This document shows positions 1 through 9,217 of a stretch of DNA of 64,000 nt, one piece after another. The position numbers were made by a program, and so were the translations under genes. Every line of letters starts with the position of its first letter. Position 1 is the stretch's first letter. Below the pieces are notes generated by a model, which did no database searches, was not told where the DNA came from, and was given only the letters and a program-made list of their open reading frames with translations. Source of the DNA: Minisyncoccota bacterium. GTDB taxonomy: Bacteria; Patescibacteriota; Minisyncoccia; Phycocordibacterales; UBA5272. The stretch lies in contig JAGOQU010000001.1 in assembly GCA_018063165.1 (NCBI GenBank), positions 35,809 to 99,808 of the forward strand. Direction: 5' to 3'.

Positions 1-184
1 TTTGAATCCTGTGGCAACTAGTAGTATTCTTATTGCTCGTGGATGGGAAGATGTATATTTCAAAAAATCATCAGAACTAGTATCTCTGATGATATCTGAC
101 GTTATTAGTAACCGTCAAGATGTTACCAGCGCTGCAAGTATTTTTGTGTCAAGAATGCAAGATATCTACACACCAATAAAATAA
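1..184 (+). CDS. hypothetical protein, C-terminal fragment running in from upstream of the window
   Basis: Open frame from the window edge to a stop at 184; no recognisable motifs. Confidence 0.3.
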   Translation, partial: LNPVATSSILIARGWEDVYFKKSSELVSLMISDVISNRQDVTSAASIFVSRMQDIYTPIK

Positions 185-185
185 T

Positions 186-1334
186 ATGAAAAAAAACATT
201 TTTAGATCTCATTATTTTTTTTCAGCAGTGCTTGCTCTCTTCTTTATTGTTTTTTCTTTCAGTGGTAATGATGCACATGCCCAGATTTCTGGAGATGCTG
301 TTTGTGGAGGTGAAAAAGTTGTTTGGGATGCTAGTCACACAAAAATAATTAGTGGTGCTTGTACTTTACAAGACCTGGTAAAAATTAATAAAGGTATTTT
401 TACTCTTATTATTTCTATAGGTCTTCCTCTTCTTATTGTGTTTATTATTTATAGATTTGTTGTTGCGTGGTATTCTCTTGCTAATGGAAATGCTAACGCA
501 TATAGGGAGGCTCTCAAAAAAGTAACGCAAGCCATTCTTGGTTTTGTTATTATTGTTGCATTAGCTGGTGGTATATTTTTGGCGATGCTCAAATATCTAG
601 GGGTAAAAGATGGATCAGGTGACGGTTTTAATCCTCTTAAATTATTACAACAAATTTCTCTTGTTCCTATAGAACGTGCATATGCTGCGCCGTATCCAAA
701 GGATGCTTGTCCTAATGGCACAGAAGGACATAGATGTCTTCGTGCAGATAGTAGTATTGGTTTTTGTGTTGGTCCAGCTTCTTGTCAACCAATTAGCACA
801 AGTGCAATAGTTACTACTATTTGTGGGGGAAATTTTGGTACAGGTTCTAAATGTAAATCTTCAAGTGACAGTAGTGAAGCTGATGGATATTGTTATACGA
901 GTCGTTGTATAAAAAGCAAACCTGATCCGGTAAGTAACGATGTGATATTAGGTGATGAAGATGCAGGAGGATCAGGTACCCAGCTTGGTGACTCAGAAAC
1001 ACCTACACAAACAGGGGATACGCAATTACCTAACCCTCTTTTTGCAGATAATTTATATGAATTTATTATAGACATTCTTAATACTGTTATGATGTTTTTC
1101 TTGTATCCAGCTCTTATTGGGGTATGGGTGTATGCTGGCCTTTTGTATGTTACAGCACAAGGTGCTCCAGAAAAGTTAAGCAAAGCTCATAAACTACTTT
1201 TCTGGGCTTTTGTTTCTACTCTTATTGTATTTATGACACAGGCTTTTCTGTCAGCGGTTAAAGGAAGTGTAGAAAAAATATTACCAGGTACTGTATCTAT
1301 TCAGTATAAAGATGATAATGAAAAAAGAGCGTAA
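186..1334 (+). CDS. TrbC/VirB2-like pilin-family membrane protein with an internal duplication of the two-helix unit and a Cys-rich linker
   Basis: N-terminal signal peptide (MKKNIFRSHYFFSAVLALFFIVFSFSGNDAHAQ). A hydrophobic-helix/short-loop/hydrophobic-helix unit typical of TrbC/VirB2 pilins follows. After a Cys- and Gly-rich middle region, a second such unit sits near the C-terminus (LYPALIGVWVYAGLLYV...LLFWAFVSTLIVFM). Confidence 0.5.
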   Translation: MKKNIFRSHYFFSAVLALFFIVFSFSGNDAHAQISGDAVCGGEKVVWDASHTKIISGACTLQDLVKINKGIFTLIISIGLPLLIVFIIYRFVVAWYSLANGNANAYREALKKVTQAILGFVIIVALAGGIFLAMLKYLGVKDGSGDGFNPLKLLQQISLVPIERAYAAPYPKDACPNGTEGHRCLRADSSIGFCVGPASCQPISTSAIVTTICGGNFGTGSKCKSSSDSSEADGYCYTSRCIKSKPDPVSNDVILGDEDAGGSGTQLGDSETPTQTGDTQLPNPLFADNLYEFIIDILNTVMMFFLYPALIGVWVYAGLLYVTAQGAPEKLSKAHKLLFWAFVSTLIVFMTQAFLSAVKGSVEKILPGTVSIQYKDDNEKRA

Positions 1335-1408
1335 GTTTTTTATACACAAACTTTTTTGGTATTTATTCTCCTTATAGTGTACACTTTAAAATATAGTAAC
1401 AACACCTT

Positions 1409-2020
1409 ATGAAAAAAATATTCTCATTGTGCTCAGTTCTCGTAGTAAGTTTTTTATTAATACCTACCACACTTTTAGCGCAAGATTCTAGTACTGTTAC
1501 TTCTGGTTTTAATAGTTTAAAGACTATGGTTGAAAGTATTACAACAGGTCTTATCACAGCTCTTGCAACTCTCTTCATGTCGCTAGCAATGCTTGCGTTC
1601 TTTTATGGTATTGTAGAGTTTATTTGGGCACAACGTTCAGGTGTAGAAAAAGATGTAACAAAGGGAAAAGAATTTATGAAGTGGAGTGTGGTAGCACTTT
1701 TTGTAATGTTTTCTATATACGGAATCATAAAGCTAGGACAAAGTGTTATTTGTGGTAGTGGTGGCTGTTCTTCTACAATTGATATACCTAGCATCAAGTT
1801 CAAAACTGGGTCTACCACAGGTGGTGGAGGCAACAATAATTCTTCACCTACACCCGCACCTGTATATACAGGTGGTGGAGGTAATAATGTTACACCAAAC
1901 TCTAGTGTAGTTAATGATTGTATGGAAGTTAGTAATTCTGTTCAATGTAATGCATCTAAGAATATATCTGGCCTTACCTGTGTTTGGCATAATAATGAAT
2001 CTTATTGTGCTGATGAGTAG
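1409..2020 (+). CDS. TrbC/VirB2-like pilin-family secreted membrane protein with a Cys-rich C-terminal tail
   Basis: Signal peptide ending LLAQ. Two TM helices separated by a charged loop (GIVEFIWAQRSGVEKDVTKGKEFMKWSVVALFVMF). Gly-rich and Cys-rich C-terminus. Paralogous in architecture to the 186-1334 protein. Confidence 0.5.
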   Translation: MKKIFSLCSVLVVSFLLIPTTLLAQDSSTVTSGFNSLKTMVESITTGLITALATLFMSLAMLAFFYGIVEFIWAQRSGVEKDVTKGKEFMKWSVVALFVMFSIYGIIKLGQSVICGSGGCSSTIDIPSIKFKTGSTTGGGGNNNSSPTPAPVYTGGGGNNVTPNSSVVNDCMEVSNSVQCNASKNISGLTCVWHNNESYCADE

Positions 2021-2116
2021 AATTATTTATGTTTGTATAATTTCGTAATATTTTTTATTGTAGAATATATTTAGAAATTTTGTATAATAGTCTAAATTTA
2101 CTATACGTAAAATAGC

Positions 2117-2144
2117 TTGACAAAAGTTATAAATAGTGTATACT
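2117..2144 (+). promoter_or_regulatory. sigma70-like promoter (TTGACA, 16-nt spacer, TATACT) upstream of the 2223 ORF
   Basis: TTGACA at 2117-2122 and TATACT at 2139-2144 in an AT-rich intergenic region about 80 nt upstream of the ATG, which has an AAGGAG RBS. Confidence 0.35.
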
Positions 2145-2222
2145 GTATACAGGTTCAGATAGTATAGAAATTTTTCTGTATTGTTTGAAATAAGTACATT
2201 CACAATTTTTAAGGAGTCAGAA

Positions 2223-3071
2223 ATGACTAATTCAGCTGATATCAAAGAGACAATTGCTGCTCGTGAAGCTATTGCGAAAGCAAAAGCTTCTGCTTCATCT
2301 GCTGCAAGTATGCCAGGTTCTATGCCTAACAAAGGCACAGTTCATCCCCAACAACCCATTGTAACCCACGTTACAACAGGAAATGGTGGTAATAAACCCC
2401 CGCATTCACCCAACAAAGGTGGAGGTGGCGGATCATCTGGAAATGGTGGTTTTGGATCTTGGTGGCAAAAACAACCTCCTTTAATTAAAGGAGTTGGTAT
2501 TGTCGTTCTGTATGGAGTTTTATCCTTTAGCCTTAATATGTTCACTATTAGCAATGGTGAACGTTCGAATAATGCTGAAATTGGTATGGCTCTTAAAGCA
2601 GCTAAAGCAGAAGCAGAAATTGCTTCTTTGAAAGAGAGTGCTGCTGTTTCAAAAGCGAGAGCTGCTGAGTTGTTAAAAAATATAGAAAAAAAAGTTGTCA
2701 CTGATACACCGGTAGGTTTACCTACAGACACAATGCCAACTTTTGATTGTCTCACCATTGAGAAAATGGAAAACAACTTTAAAACCACTAACAGTATTTC
2801 ATTGCCTTCTGGCAAACAATATTTGTTTATCAATGGGTGTGCAAAAGTTACTTTTGAGGGGGTTGTGACGAGTCTTAAAGGGAATGGTTATTGGATCTCT
2901 TTTGATTCAATAGATGACCCTAGTGCAGAATATTGCGCTTACGGTGCAAGAGGAAGAAATGACTCTCCAGATGTTTGTTTGGGTTATATAAAAAAACATC
3001 AGTACCTTGGTAAGCCTATGAACATTATTGTTCAAGGTGGAAAAGATAATTTTTTAAAAATAGGAGTTTAA
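2223..3071 (+). CDS. hypothetical single-pass membrane protein with a Gly/Pro-rich N-terminal region
   Basis: AAGGAG RBS 6 nt upstream of ATG 2223 (the track's TTG at 2181 is less likely). One central TM segment (GVGIVVLYGVLSFSLNMF). Gly-run low-complexity region. No family recognised. Confidence 0.5.
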   Translation: MTNSADIKETIAAREAIAKAKASASSAASMPGSMPNKGTVHPQQPIVTHVTTGNGGNKPPHSPNKGGGGGSSGNGGFGSWWQKQPPLIKGVGIVVLYGVLSFSLNMFTISNGERSNNAEIGMALKAAKAEAEIASLKESAAVSKARAAELLKNIEKKVVTDTPVGLPTDTMPTFDCLTIEKMENNFKTTNSISLPSGKQYLFINGCAKVTFEGVVTSLKGNGYWISFDSIDDPSAEYCAYGARGRNDSPDVCLGYIKKHQYLGKPMNIIVQGGKDNFLKIGV

Positions 3072-3072
3072 C

Positions 3073-3474
3073 ATGTCAGAAGAAGTAAAAAAATCATCAG
3101 AGAATCATGGTAATGATCATAAAACAACAGATCATGGAAAGACAGCAATTTCTCAGAAGATCTGGAAAGGTGTTACTATCATGATAAGTATCATGATAGC
3201 TGGGATTGTGGCAGTTGTTGTTGGCGGAGAACTTTTTGCCGAAATAGTTAATTCTTTTGGTCGTTCAACTGAAAGGATTTCATCAGAATTGACTGTGGCT
3301 GGAAATGTGTTCGGTAATTTTGCTGGAAGTATCAGGTCTTGGACTATGTCGATAGCAAAAATAATGAACGCTATCTTGCCAGCAATTTTAGCTGCTCTTG
3401 TTATTATACTTCTTGGGAAGTATGCTTTTGACGAGTATAAAAAGGACAAAGATGGTGGTGGTGGGCACCATTAA
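3073..3474 (+). CDS. small hypothetical membrane protein
   Basis: Starts 1 nt after the upstream stop. Two hydrophobic segments. GGGGHH C-terminus. Confidence 0.45.
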   Translation: MSEEVKKSSENHGNDHKTTDHGKTAISQKIWKGVTIMISIMIAGIVAVVVGGELFAEIVNSFGRSTERISSELTVAGNVFGNFAGSIRSWTMSIAKIMNAILPAILAALVIILLGKYAFDEYKKDKDGGGGHH

Positions 3475-3516
3475 ACGGAGAAAACCGTCAAAATCACACA
3501 GTTCTACTGAACTGTA

Positions 3517-3595
3517 AAGAGAGGTCTTCCTCTCGCACATGCTTTTATCGCATGTTGCGATGAAGTCCTCTCTTTTTATTTTGTATAAAAAAAGA
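3517..3595 (+). terminator. long imperfect hairpin plus T-tract; candidate intrinsic terminator ending the 186-3474 gene cluster
   Basis: AGAGAGG...ACATGC / GCATGT...CCTCTCT inverted repeat followed by CTCTCTTTTTATTTT. Confidence 0.4.
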
Positions 3596-3817
3596 AAGAT
3601 TCACAAAGTGTTAAATATGTGCTACTATATGTATATTCATCCAATCGGGCACATCAGGATTTGGACACCTGAGCACATCATTCACGTATTATTGACGCTT
3701 GCAAAACTTGCATTTTGGAGAATAGATGTTGTGGCACGAGGCAAATGTATTATTAAACACGAAAATATTCATATACTATTTTAGTATAGTTGTTATATTT
3801 TTATAATCATATTTTAT

Positions 3818-4486
3818 ATGTCAATTACAATAGAAGCTCTTAAAAAAGCAGGTTTACAGTACGGATATTCTCGTACACGTCGTCACCCATCAGTAAAACC
3901 TTTTATCGAAGGTAATTATAATGGTGTTGATTTTATTAATCTTGCAACAACTAAGACACAATTAGAAGAAGCTGTTACTTTCCTAACAAGTATGCGTTCA
4001 GCAGGAAAGACAATACTTTTTGTTGGTGTAAAGCCAGAAATTCGCCAAATAGTAAAAGAAGTAGCTCTTTCTCTTAATGCTCCGTATATCGCTGAGCGTT
4101 TTATTGGTGGCACTCTTACCAATTTCCCACAAATCAAGAAACGTATAGAAAAGCTTCATGATCTTTTAAAGAAAAAAGAAACAGGCGAACTAGCTGTATA
4201 TACAAAAAAAGAACAACTTCTCATACAGCGCGATATAGATAGATTAGATAGAGATTTTGGTGGTGTATCATCACTTACCAACACTCCTTCTGCGATAGTT
4301 ATGATTGATTCACGTCATGAAGATATGTGTGTTAAAGAAGCTAAGCGTCTCCACATACCTGTAGTTGCACTTTGTAATACTGACTGTACACTAGAAGGTA
4401 TCGAGTACCCAATTGTTGGTAATGATGGTTCTGTTACCTCAGTACGTTTTGTGCTCGAAGCTATAAAAGCTGCTCTTCACGAGTAA
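3818..4486 (+). CDS. rpsB: 30S ribosomal protein S2
   Basis: Full-length similarity to bacterial S2 (GVDFINLATTK, ILFVGVKPE, NAPYIAERFIGGTLTNF, IPVVALCNTDC). Confidence 0.9.
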   Translation: MSITIEALKKAGLQYGYSRTRRHPSVKPFIEGNYNGVDFINLATTKTQLEEAVTFLTSMRSAGKTILFVGVKPEIRQIVKEVALSLNAPYIAERFIGGTLTNFPQIKKRIEKLHDLLKKKETGELAVYTKKEQLLIQRDIDRLDRDFGGVSSLTNTPSAIVMIDSRHEDMCVKEAKRLHIPVVALCNTDCTLEGIEYPIVGNDGSVTSVRFVLEAIKAALHE

Positions 4487-4576
4487 TTGCTTTTAATAAA
4501 ACGTATTTTGTTTTTGATGTATTCTTTTTGAATTTGTATTTTTTAATAACGTTTGTAACTAATAAATAACTATTTT

Positions 4577-5050
4577 ATGGACACAATAAAAGAACTTCGT
4601 GAGGAAACTGGATTATCACTTTCTCAAATTAAAAAAGCATTAGATGAAGTAGGGGGAGATAAAGAGAAAGCAAGAGCTCTTCTTGCAGAATATTCTGCTA
4701 CTCAAGCAGAAAAGAAATCAGACCGAGAATTGGCAGCGGGTGTTATCTCTGCATACGTTCACTCAACTGGAACTATAGGTGTACTTCTAGAGCTTGGATG
4801 TGAGACAGACTTTGTTGCAAAGAATGAAGAGTTCGTTGCGTTGGCTCATGATATAGCTATGCATGTGTGTGCTATGGCACCAACATCAATTAATAATGAA
4901 GATGGTCTCGGTGAAGAAACAGCACTTATGAAGCAGTCGTTTATCAAAAATCCAGAACTTACTATTGAGCAAAAGATTCAGTCTGCTGTACAGAAGTTCG
5001 GTGAAAATACAAAAGTAATTCGTTTTTCTCGTTATAGTATTTCAGAATAA
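4577..5050 (+). CDS. tsf: elongation factor Ts, short 157-aa form
   Basis: N-terminal UBA-like EF-Ts motif (IKELREETGLSLSQIKKAL) and the core GVLLELGCETDFVAKNEEF. Conserved rpsB-tsf order. Confidence 0.85.
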   Translation: MDTIKELREETGLSLSQIKKALDEVGGDKEKARALLAEYSATQAEKKSDRELAAGVISAYVHSTGTIGVLLELGCETDFVAKNEEFVALAHDIAMHVCAMAPTSINNEDGLGEETALMKQSFIKNPELTIEQKIQSAVQKFGENTKVIRFSRYSISE

Positions 5051-5055
5051 ATCTC

Positions 5056-5457
5056 ATGATGATACTTCTATTAGTTGTTGGAGGAATAAGCACAAGCTTG
5101 TTAGCTTTTTCTATTCTTCTTTTACAAAAATATAGAATACAAAAAGGTGTTGTTGTTATAGATGAGGAGTATGATGGGCCTGCGCAAGTTTCTACTACTC
5201 TTCGTGTTGTTATTAGATATTTACTTAAAAGAAGTGTCTATTTTAGAAAGTTGTTTACTCAGCACATGCTTCATGCTATGGTGAGGATTATGCATTATAT
5301 TGATGTATTCTCTTCGTATTTATACGCTAAATCAAGAAATTGGTTTGTAGAAAATGCTGTTCATAACAGAGGTACAGTACCTCATTTTTGGCATCATTTA
5401 AAAGTGTATAAAAAAGAAATGGATCAAGAGAAAAAAACAGAAGAAGAATTGAAATAA
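5056..5457 (+). CDS. hypothetical membrane protein
   Basis: N-terminal TM helix; no family recognised. Confidence 0.35.
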   Translation: MMILLLVVGGISTSLLAFSILLLQKYRIQKGVVVIDEEYDGPAQVSTTLRVVIRYLLKRSVYFRKLFTQHMLHAMVRIMHYIDVFSSYLYAKSRNWFVENAVHNRGTVPHFWHHLKVYKKEMDQEKKTEEELK

Positions 5458-5532
5458 AAGTGCGTATACATGTTCTGTGGAAGAAACATAATAATGTCTA
5501 ATGAAAAATGATATACTTTATTTGTATATATA

Positions 5533-6504
5533 ATGATTTTTTATCACTTTCTTTCAAAAAAATATAGTAGTATTTTTTATAGTGCTTGCGCGAGTCTTTT
5601 TTTGAGCTTCTCTATAGTATCAGCCGAAACAGTGTCTGGTAATGGATATACTGTAGATCAAACTATAAGTCCTATATCAGGAATCGTATCTGGTAACGGG
5701 TATACTGTTCAGACTTCTGGTCAAATTGTAGGTGGTATAGCATCTGGTAATGGATATACTTTACAAAGCGTGTTTGGTACGTCAACTGAACCAACAGTAT
5801 TACCTCCTATTGTTCCATCTGGTGGAACCACAAGTAGTGGATCTGGATATTATGTATTACCAGTTACGAGCACTTCTAGTGTTGCAACAACAAGTCCTAT
5901 TGTAGGCAAAGATACTGTTCTTACTACAAATGGTAGTACGTGTGCAACAAGAATAGCTCTTTCTTCTCCTATTGATATTGGTTTAAAGAATAATCCAGAA
6001 GATGTAAAAAAACTTGAAACCTTTTTGAATACATATGAAAAAGAAAAACTTGTCGTAGATGGTATATATGGAAAAGATGATTATCTGGCTGTAAAAAGAT
6101 GGCAGGCAAAATACAAGAATACTATTCTTGTTCCAATGAAATTAAAAAAACCAACAGGTACGATATATACATCTAGTATGCGCCAAATAGAAAGACAAAC
6201 TACAGCATCTTGTGGTCAACAAATTATTGTACACGCTTGTCCATTTTTCAAAAAAACTCTTTCATACGGAGATACTGGAGAAGAAGTTAAAAAAATACAA
6301 CAGTTTTTGAATATTGTACGAGGTGAAAAATTGCCTACAAATGGTAAATATGGCCCAGCGACACTTGCTGCCGTAAAAAGATTCCAGCGTATGTATAGAA
6401 AAGATATTGTAAGCATCGTAAAACTTTCTTTTATTTCTGGAAACTGGAACACACAAACACGTATGAAGGCTAATGCTGTTATTGGTTGTGATGTTATTAA
6501 GTAA
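5533..6504 (+). CDS. secreted repeat protein with two C-terminal peptidoglycan-binding (PG_binding_1-like) domains
   Basis: Signal-like N-terminus. Three SGNGYT(V/L) repeats. Ser/Thr-rich linker. Two copies of the PG-binding helical motif (DVKKLETFLN...DGIYGKDDYLAVKRWQ and GEEVKKIQQFLN...NGKYGPATLAAVKRFQ). Confidence 0.6.
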   Translation: MIFYHFLSKKYSSIFYSACASLFLSFSIVSAETVSGNGYTVDQTISPISGIVSGNGYTVQTSGQIVGGIASGNGYTLQSVFGTSTEPTVLPPIVPSGGTTSSGSGYYVLPVTSTSSVATTSPIVGKDTVLTTNGSTCATRIALSSPIDIGLKNNPEDVKKLETFLNTYEKEKLVVDGIYGKDDYLAVKRWQAKYKNTILVPMKLKKPTGTIYTSSMRQIERQTTASCGQQIIVHACPFFKKTLSYGDTGEEVKKIQQFLNIVRGEKLPTNGKYGPATLAAVKRFQRMYRKDIVSIVKLSFISGNWNTQTRMKANAVIGCDVIK

Positions 6505-6541
6505 AATAATACACCGTTTATAAAAGTGATATACTATTTAT

Positions 6542-6985
6542 ATGGAACAAAAACAAATAGAACATAATTCAATCTCTCAAGAAGAAAAAAATATTCTTTC
6601 AAGAAAATTAAAACAAAAAAGACTTGTAAGAATTATTATGTCTCTTTTTTCTGTTTCCATTTTTTTCTTTTTAACTACGGTATATTCTCAATATCAGGTA
6701 TATAGATTAACTAGATTAGAAGAAGTAAAAGAATCTTCTTTAACACAAGTACCTTCTACACCAAATGAGATTATTAAAGCAGTTTCAAAACTTATTATAT
6801 TACCAGATACAGTTCCACAAATAACATCTATAAAAGATATTGATTCACTGCGTGAAAAAGAAGTTTTTTTTAGAAATGCATTAAATGGGGATGCTGTAAT
6901 TATCTATGAAACAATGATTATTATATATAGACCTACAACTAATATGATTATTGCCGTGGGTGACATTGGAACTGTTTCGGAATAA
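6542..6985 (+). CDS. hypothetical membrane-anchored protein
   Basis: Single TM helix after a charged N-terminus; no family recognised. Confidence 0.4.
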   Translation: MEQKQIEHNSISQEEKNILSRKLKQKRLVRIIMSLFSVSIFFFLTTVYSQYQVYRLTRLEEVKESSLTQVPSTPNEIIKAVSKLIILPDTVPQITSIKDIDSLREKEVFFRNALNGDAVIIYETMIIIYRPTTNMIIAVGDIGTVSE

Positions 6986-7096
6986 GTCCTTTTTATATAA
7001 GAAAGGTGTTGTACACACGTGTTTATACATGACAAAATATTCACTTTATGATAGTATATAGTACAGTCTTTTAATAAAAAGATTTGTTCTAAAAGT

Positions 7097-7172
7097 GCCG
7101 CTTTAGCTCAGTTGGTAGAGCAACGGTTTTGTAAACCGTAGGTCCACAGTTCGAATCTGTGAAGCGGCTCCA
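7097..7172 (+). tRNA. tRNA-Thr (anticodon TGT), CCA encoded
   Basis: Hand-folded cloverleaf. Acceptor GCCGCTT/AAGCGGC, D-arm GCTC/GAGC, anticodon stem ACGGT/ACCGT with loop TTTGTAA, T-arm CACAG-TTCGAAT-CTGTG, 3' TCCA. Confidence 0.85.
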
Positions 7173-7215
7173 TAAATAATGGCGAGACCCTTATTTACAT
7201 CTTCTTCGTTCTTAT

Positions 7216-7908
7216 ATGATTGATACAAAAAAATATATATTAACTTTTTTAATCACATTTTCAATTTTTGTGACAGCTTTTTTTGCGTCAACTTTTTTTT
7301 CTGATAAGAGGGTTGAGAATGTTAAATCAATACAAGATACTATTGCTATTGATATTTTGTCGAGCGAAACACAGTTCGATCTTTTAAAAGAAGTTCCATG
7401 TTCAAATGTTAATGACAGCAGTCTTTCTTCAGAACTTTCGACGCTTGGAGATAAACTTTCTCATACAGAAAATGAAAGAGGGAAAGATGATGATGATGTG
7501 ATCTATCTTAAAAAATATTATTCACTTCTTCAAATTAAAGATTACATACTTTCAAAAAAACTTGTAGAAAAATGTGGAGCAGGGAAGAAGCCTGTTTTTA
7601 TCATTTATTTTTATTCAAATCAAGGAGATTGCTCTGAGTGTACACGAGAAGGGTATGTGCTTACACGCTTAAGAGAGATATACCCCGATCTTCGTATTTA
7701 TTCTTTTGATTATAATTTACCACTTTCAGCAATAGATTCTATGAAGAAGATTTATCGTATTAAAGAAAATCTTCCTGCTCTTGTTATAGAAGATGAAACA
7801 TATACAGGGTTTAAAACTCTTGAAGAATTAAGTTCTCTTTTACCTGCTACACTTAAAATGTCGACAAGTACTATTACAACCTCGACAACTACTAAGACTA
7901 AGAAATAA
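7216..7908 (+). CDS. membrane-anchored protein with a thioredoxin-like CxxC motif (CSEC)
   Basis: N-terminal TM helix. Segment KPVFIIYFYSNQGDCSECTREGY resembles a thioredoxin-fold active site. Family assignment uncertain. Confidence 0.4.
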   Translation: MIDTKKYILTFLITFSIFVTAFFASTFFSDKRVENVKSIQDTIAIDILSSETQFDLLKEVPCSNVNDSSLSSELSTLGDKLSHTENERGKDDDDVIYLKKYYSLLQIKDYILSKKLVEKCGAGKKPVFIIYFYSNQGDCSECTREGYVLTRLREIYPDLRIYSFDYNLPLSAIDSMKKIYRIKENLPALVIEDETYTGFKTLEELSSLLPATLKMSTSTITTSTTTKTKK

Positions 7909-7914
7909 TTTTTT

Positions 7915-9177
7915 ATGATTGACCAAATATTGCAAGGTCTCATGTATCCTTTTCTCTTCTTGTCGATGTATTTTCAGGTACTTCTTTTAATATCTTTTTT
8001 TGAGAATGCAAAAAAAATAGAAGAGGAAGAAGACTTTGAAGTAGAAACATATCCTTCCGTTACAATCGCTGTTCCGTGTTGGAATGAAGAAAAAACATTA
8101 GAGGGAACCCTTTTGTCACTTCTTGATCTTGAATATCCAAAAGATAAGCTGTCTATAGTTGTTGTTGATGATGGTAGTAAAGATAAAACACTTCAAATAG
8201 GTCAAGAATATGCAAGATTGTATCCAAAACAAATACATATAATTTCAAAACAAAATGGAGGTAAGCACACAGCAGTTAATGTAGCTTTGGAATATTCGAA
8301 GTCAGATTTTTTTGGATGTCTTGATGCTGATTCTTTTGTTCATAAAAATGCTTTAAAAACTATTATTGCTTATTTTATTCATCATAAAAATGCTATGGCT
8401 GTCACACCTTGTATTCATATTATGTCGCCAAAGACTATTATTCAACGTGTGCAAGCAGTTGAATATTTGATGGGTGTATTTTTACGTAAAGCATTTGGTC
8501 AGCTTGATGCAATACAAGTAACACCAGGTCCTTTTTCTATTTTTAGAAAAGAGGTTTTTGATATTATTGGTAATTACAAAAAAGCTCATAATACTGAAGA
8601 TTATGAAATTACGCTTCGTATGCATAAACATCATCTCAAGATTATGAATTCTCATAAGGCGCTTGTGTATACAGTAGGTCCTTCTACCTTTAAAGGTTAT
8701 TTCTTTCAAAGATTACGTTGGTCTAGAGGATTTCTTGAAAACTCTCTTGATTATAAGGAACTCTTTTTTAAGAAAAAATATGGAAATTTTGGAATGTTTA
8801 CATTACCAATGGCATTTCTTTTTGTGTTTTATGGAATATACGTAGCATTTTTTGTTACGTATACATTTATTAAGCATTACACACAAGTAATAAGTCAGTG
8901 GATGCTTGTAGGTATACATCCTGGTTTACCCACTTTTGATATTTTTTATTTTAATACCACAATTGTTTCTTTTGTTGGAATGGTAATGTTCACTATGTTC
9001 TTGTTTACTATTTATATTGGTAAAACACTTTCTGATGATAAACAAGAACTATATCGTAATTTCCCATTTTTCTTTTTTATTTATCCGCTTTTTGGGCTTA
9101 TACTTTTTCCAAAGGCTGTTTTTGATACTTTTACTCATAGAAAAAATGAGTGGGTTCTTCAAGATACAAAAAAATAA
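7915..9177 (+). CDS. family 2 glycosyltransferase, membrane-embedded processive type (QxxRW motif)
   Basis: GT2 motifs VTIAVPCWNEE and VVVDDGSKDKT. QRLRWSRG motif. Multiple C-terminal TM helices. Confidence 0.75.
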   Translation: MIDQILQGLMYPFLFLSMYFQVLLLISFFENAKKIEEEEDFEVETYPSVTIAVPCWNEEKTLEGTLLSLLDLEYPKDKLSIVVVDDGSKDKTLQIGQEYARLYPKQIHIISKQNGGKHTAVNVALEYSKSDFFGCLDADSFVHKNALKTIIAYFIHHKNAMAVTPCIHIMSPKTIIQRVQAVEYLMGVFLRKAFGQLDAIQVTPGPFSIFRKEVFDIIGNYKKAHNTEDYEITLRMHKHHLKIMNSHKALVYTVGPSTFKGYFFQRLRWSRGFLENSLDYKELFFKKKYGNFGMFTLPMAFLFVFYGIYVAFFVTYTFIKHYTQVISQWMLVGIHPGLPTFDIFYFNTTIVSFVGMVMFTMFLFTIYIGKTLSDDKQELYRNFPFFFFIYPLFGLILFPKAVFDTFTHRKNEWVLQDTKK

Positions 9178-9217
9178 GTTGATAGGTTTATTATTTTAGG
9201 GTATAGTTAATTTTATT

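Noticed and set aside
449-1183. Minus-strand ORFs 449-721 and 893-1183 inside the first pilin-like gene
   Set aside because: Fully embedded antisense to a longer ORF with coherent signal-peptide/TM architecture. No RBS; composition consistent with a shadow frame.
3539-3784. 81-aa ORF in the intergenic region upstream of rpsB
   Set aside because: Begins inside the terminator hairpin. No RBS. Implausible Cys/His/Ile-rich translation. More likely untranslated leader or promoter region of rpsB.
9017-9199. 60-aa ORF overlapping the C-terminus of the GT2 glycosyltransferase
   Set aside because: Alternate frame of a conserved TM region; no independent support.
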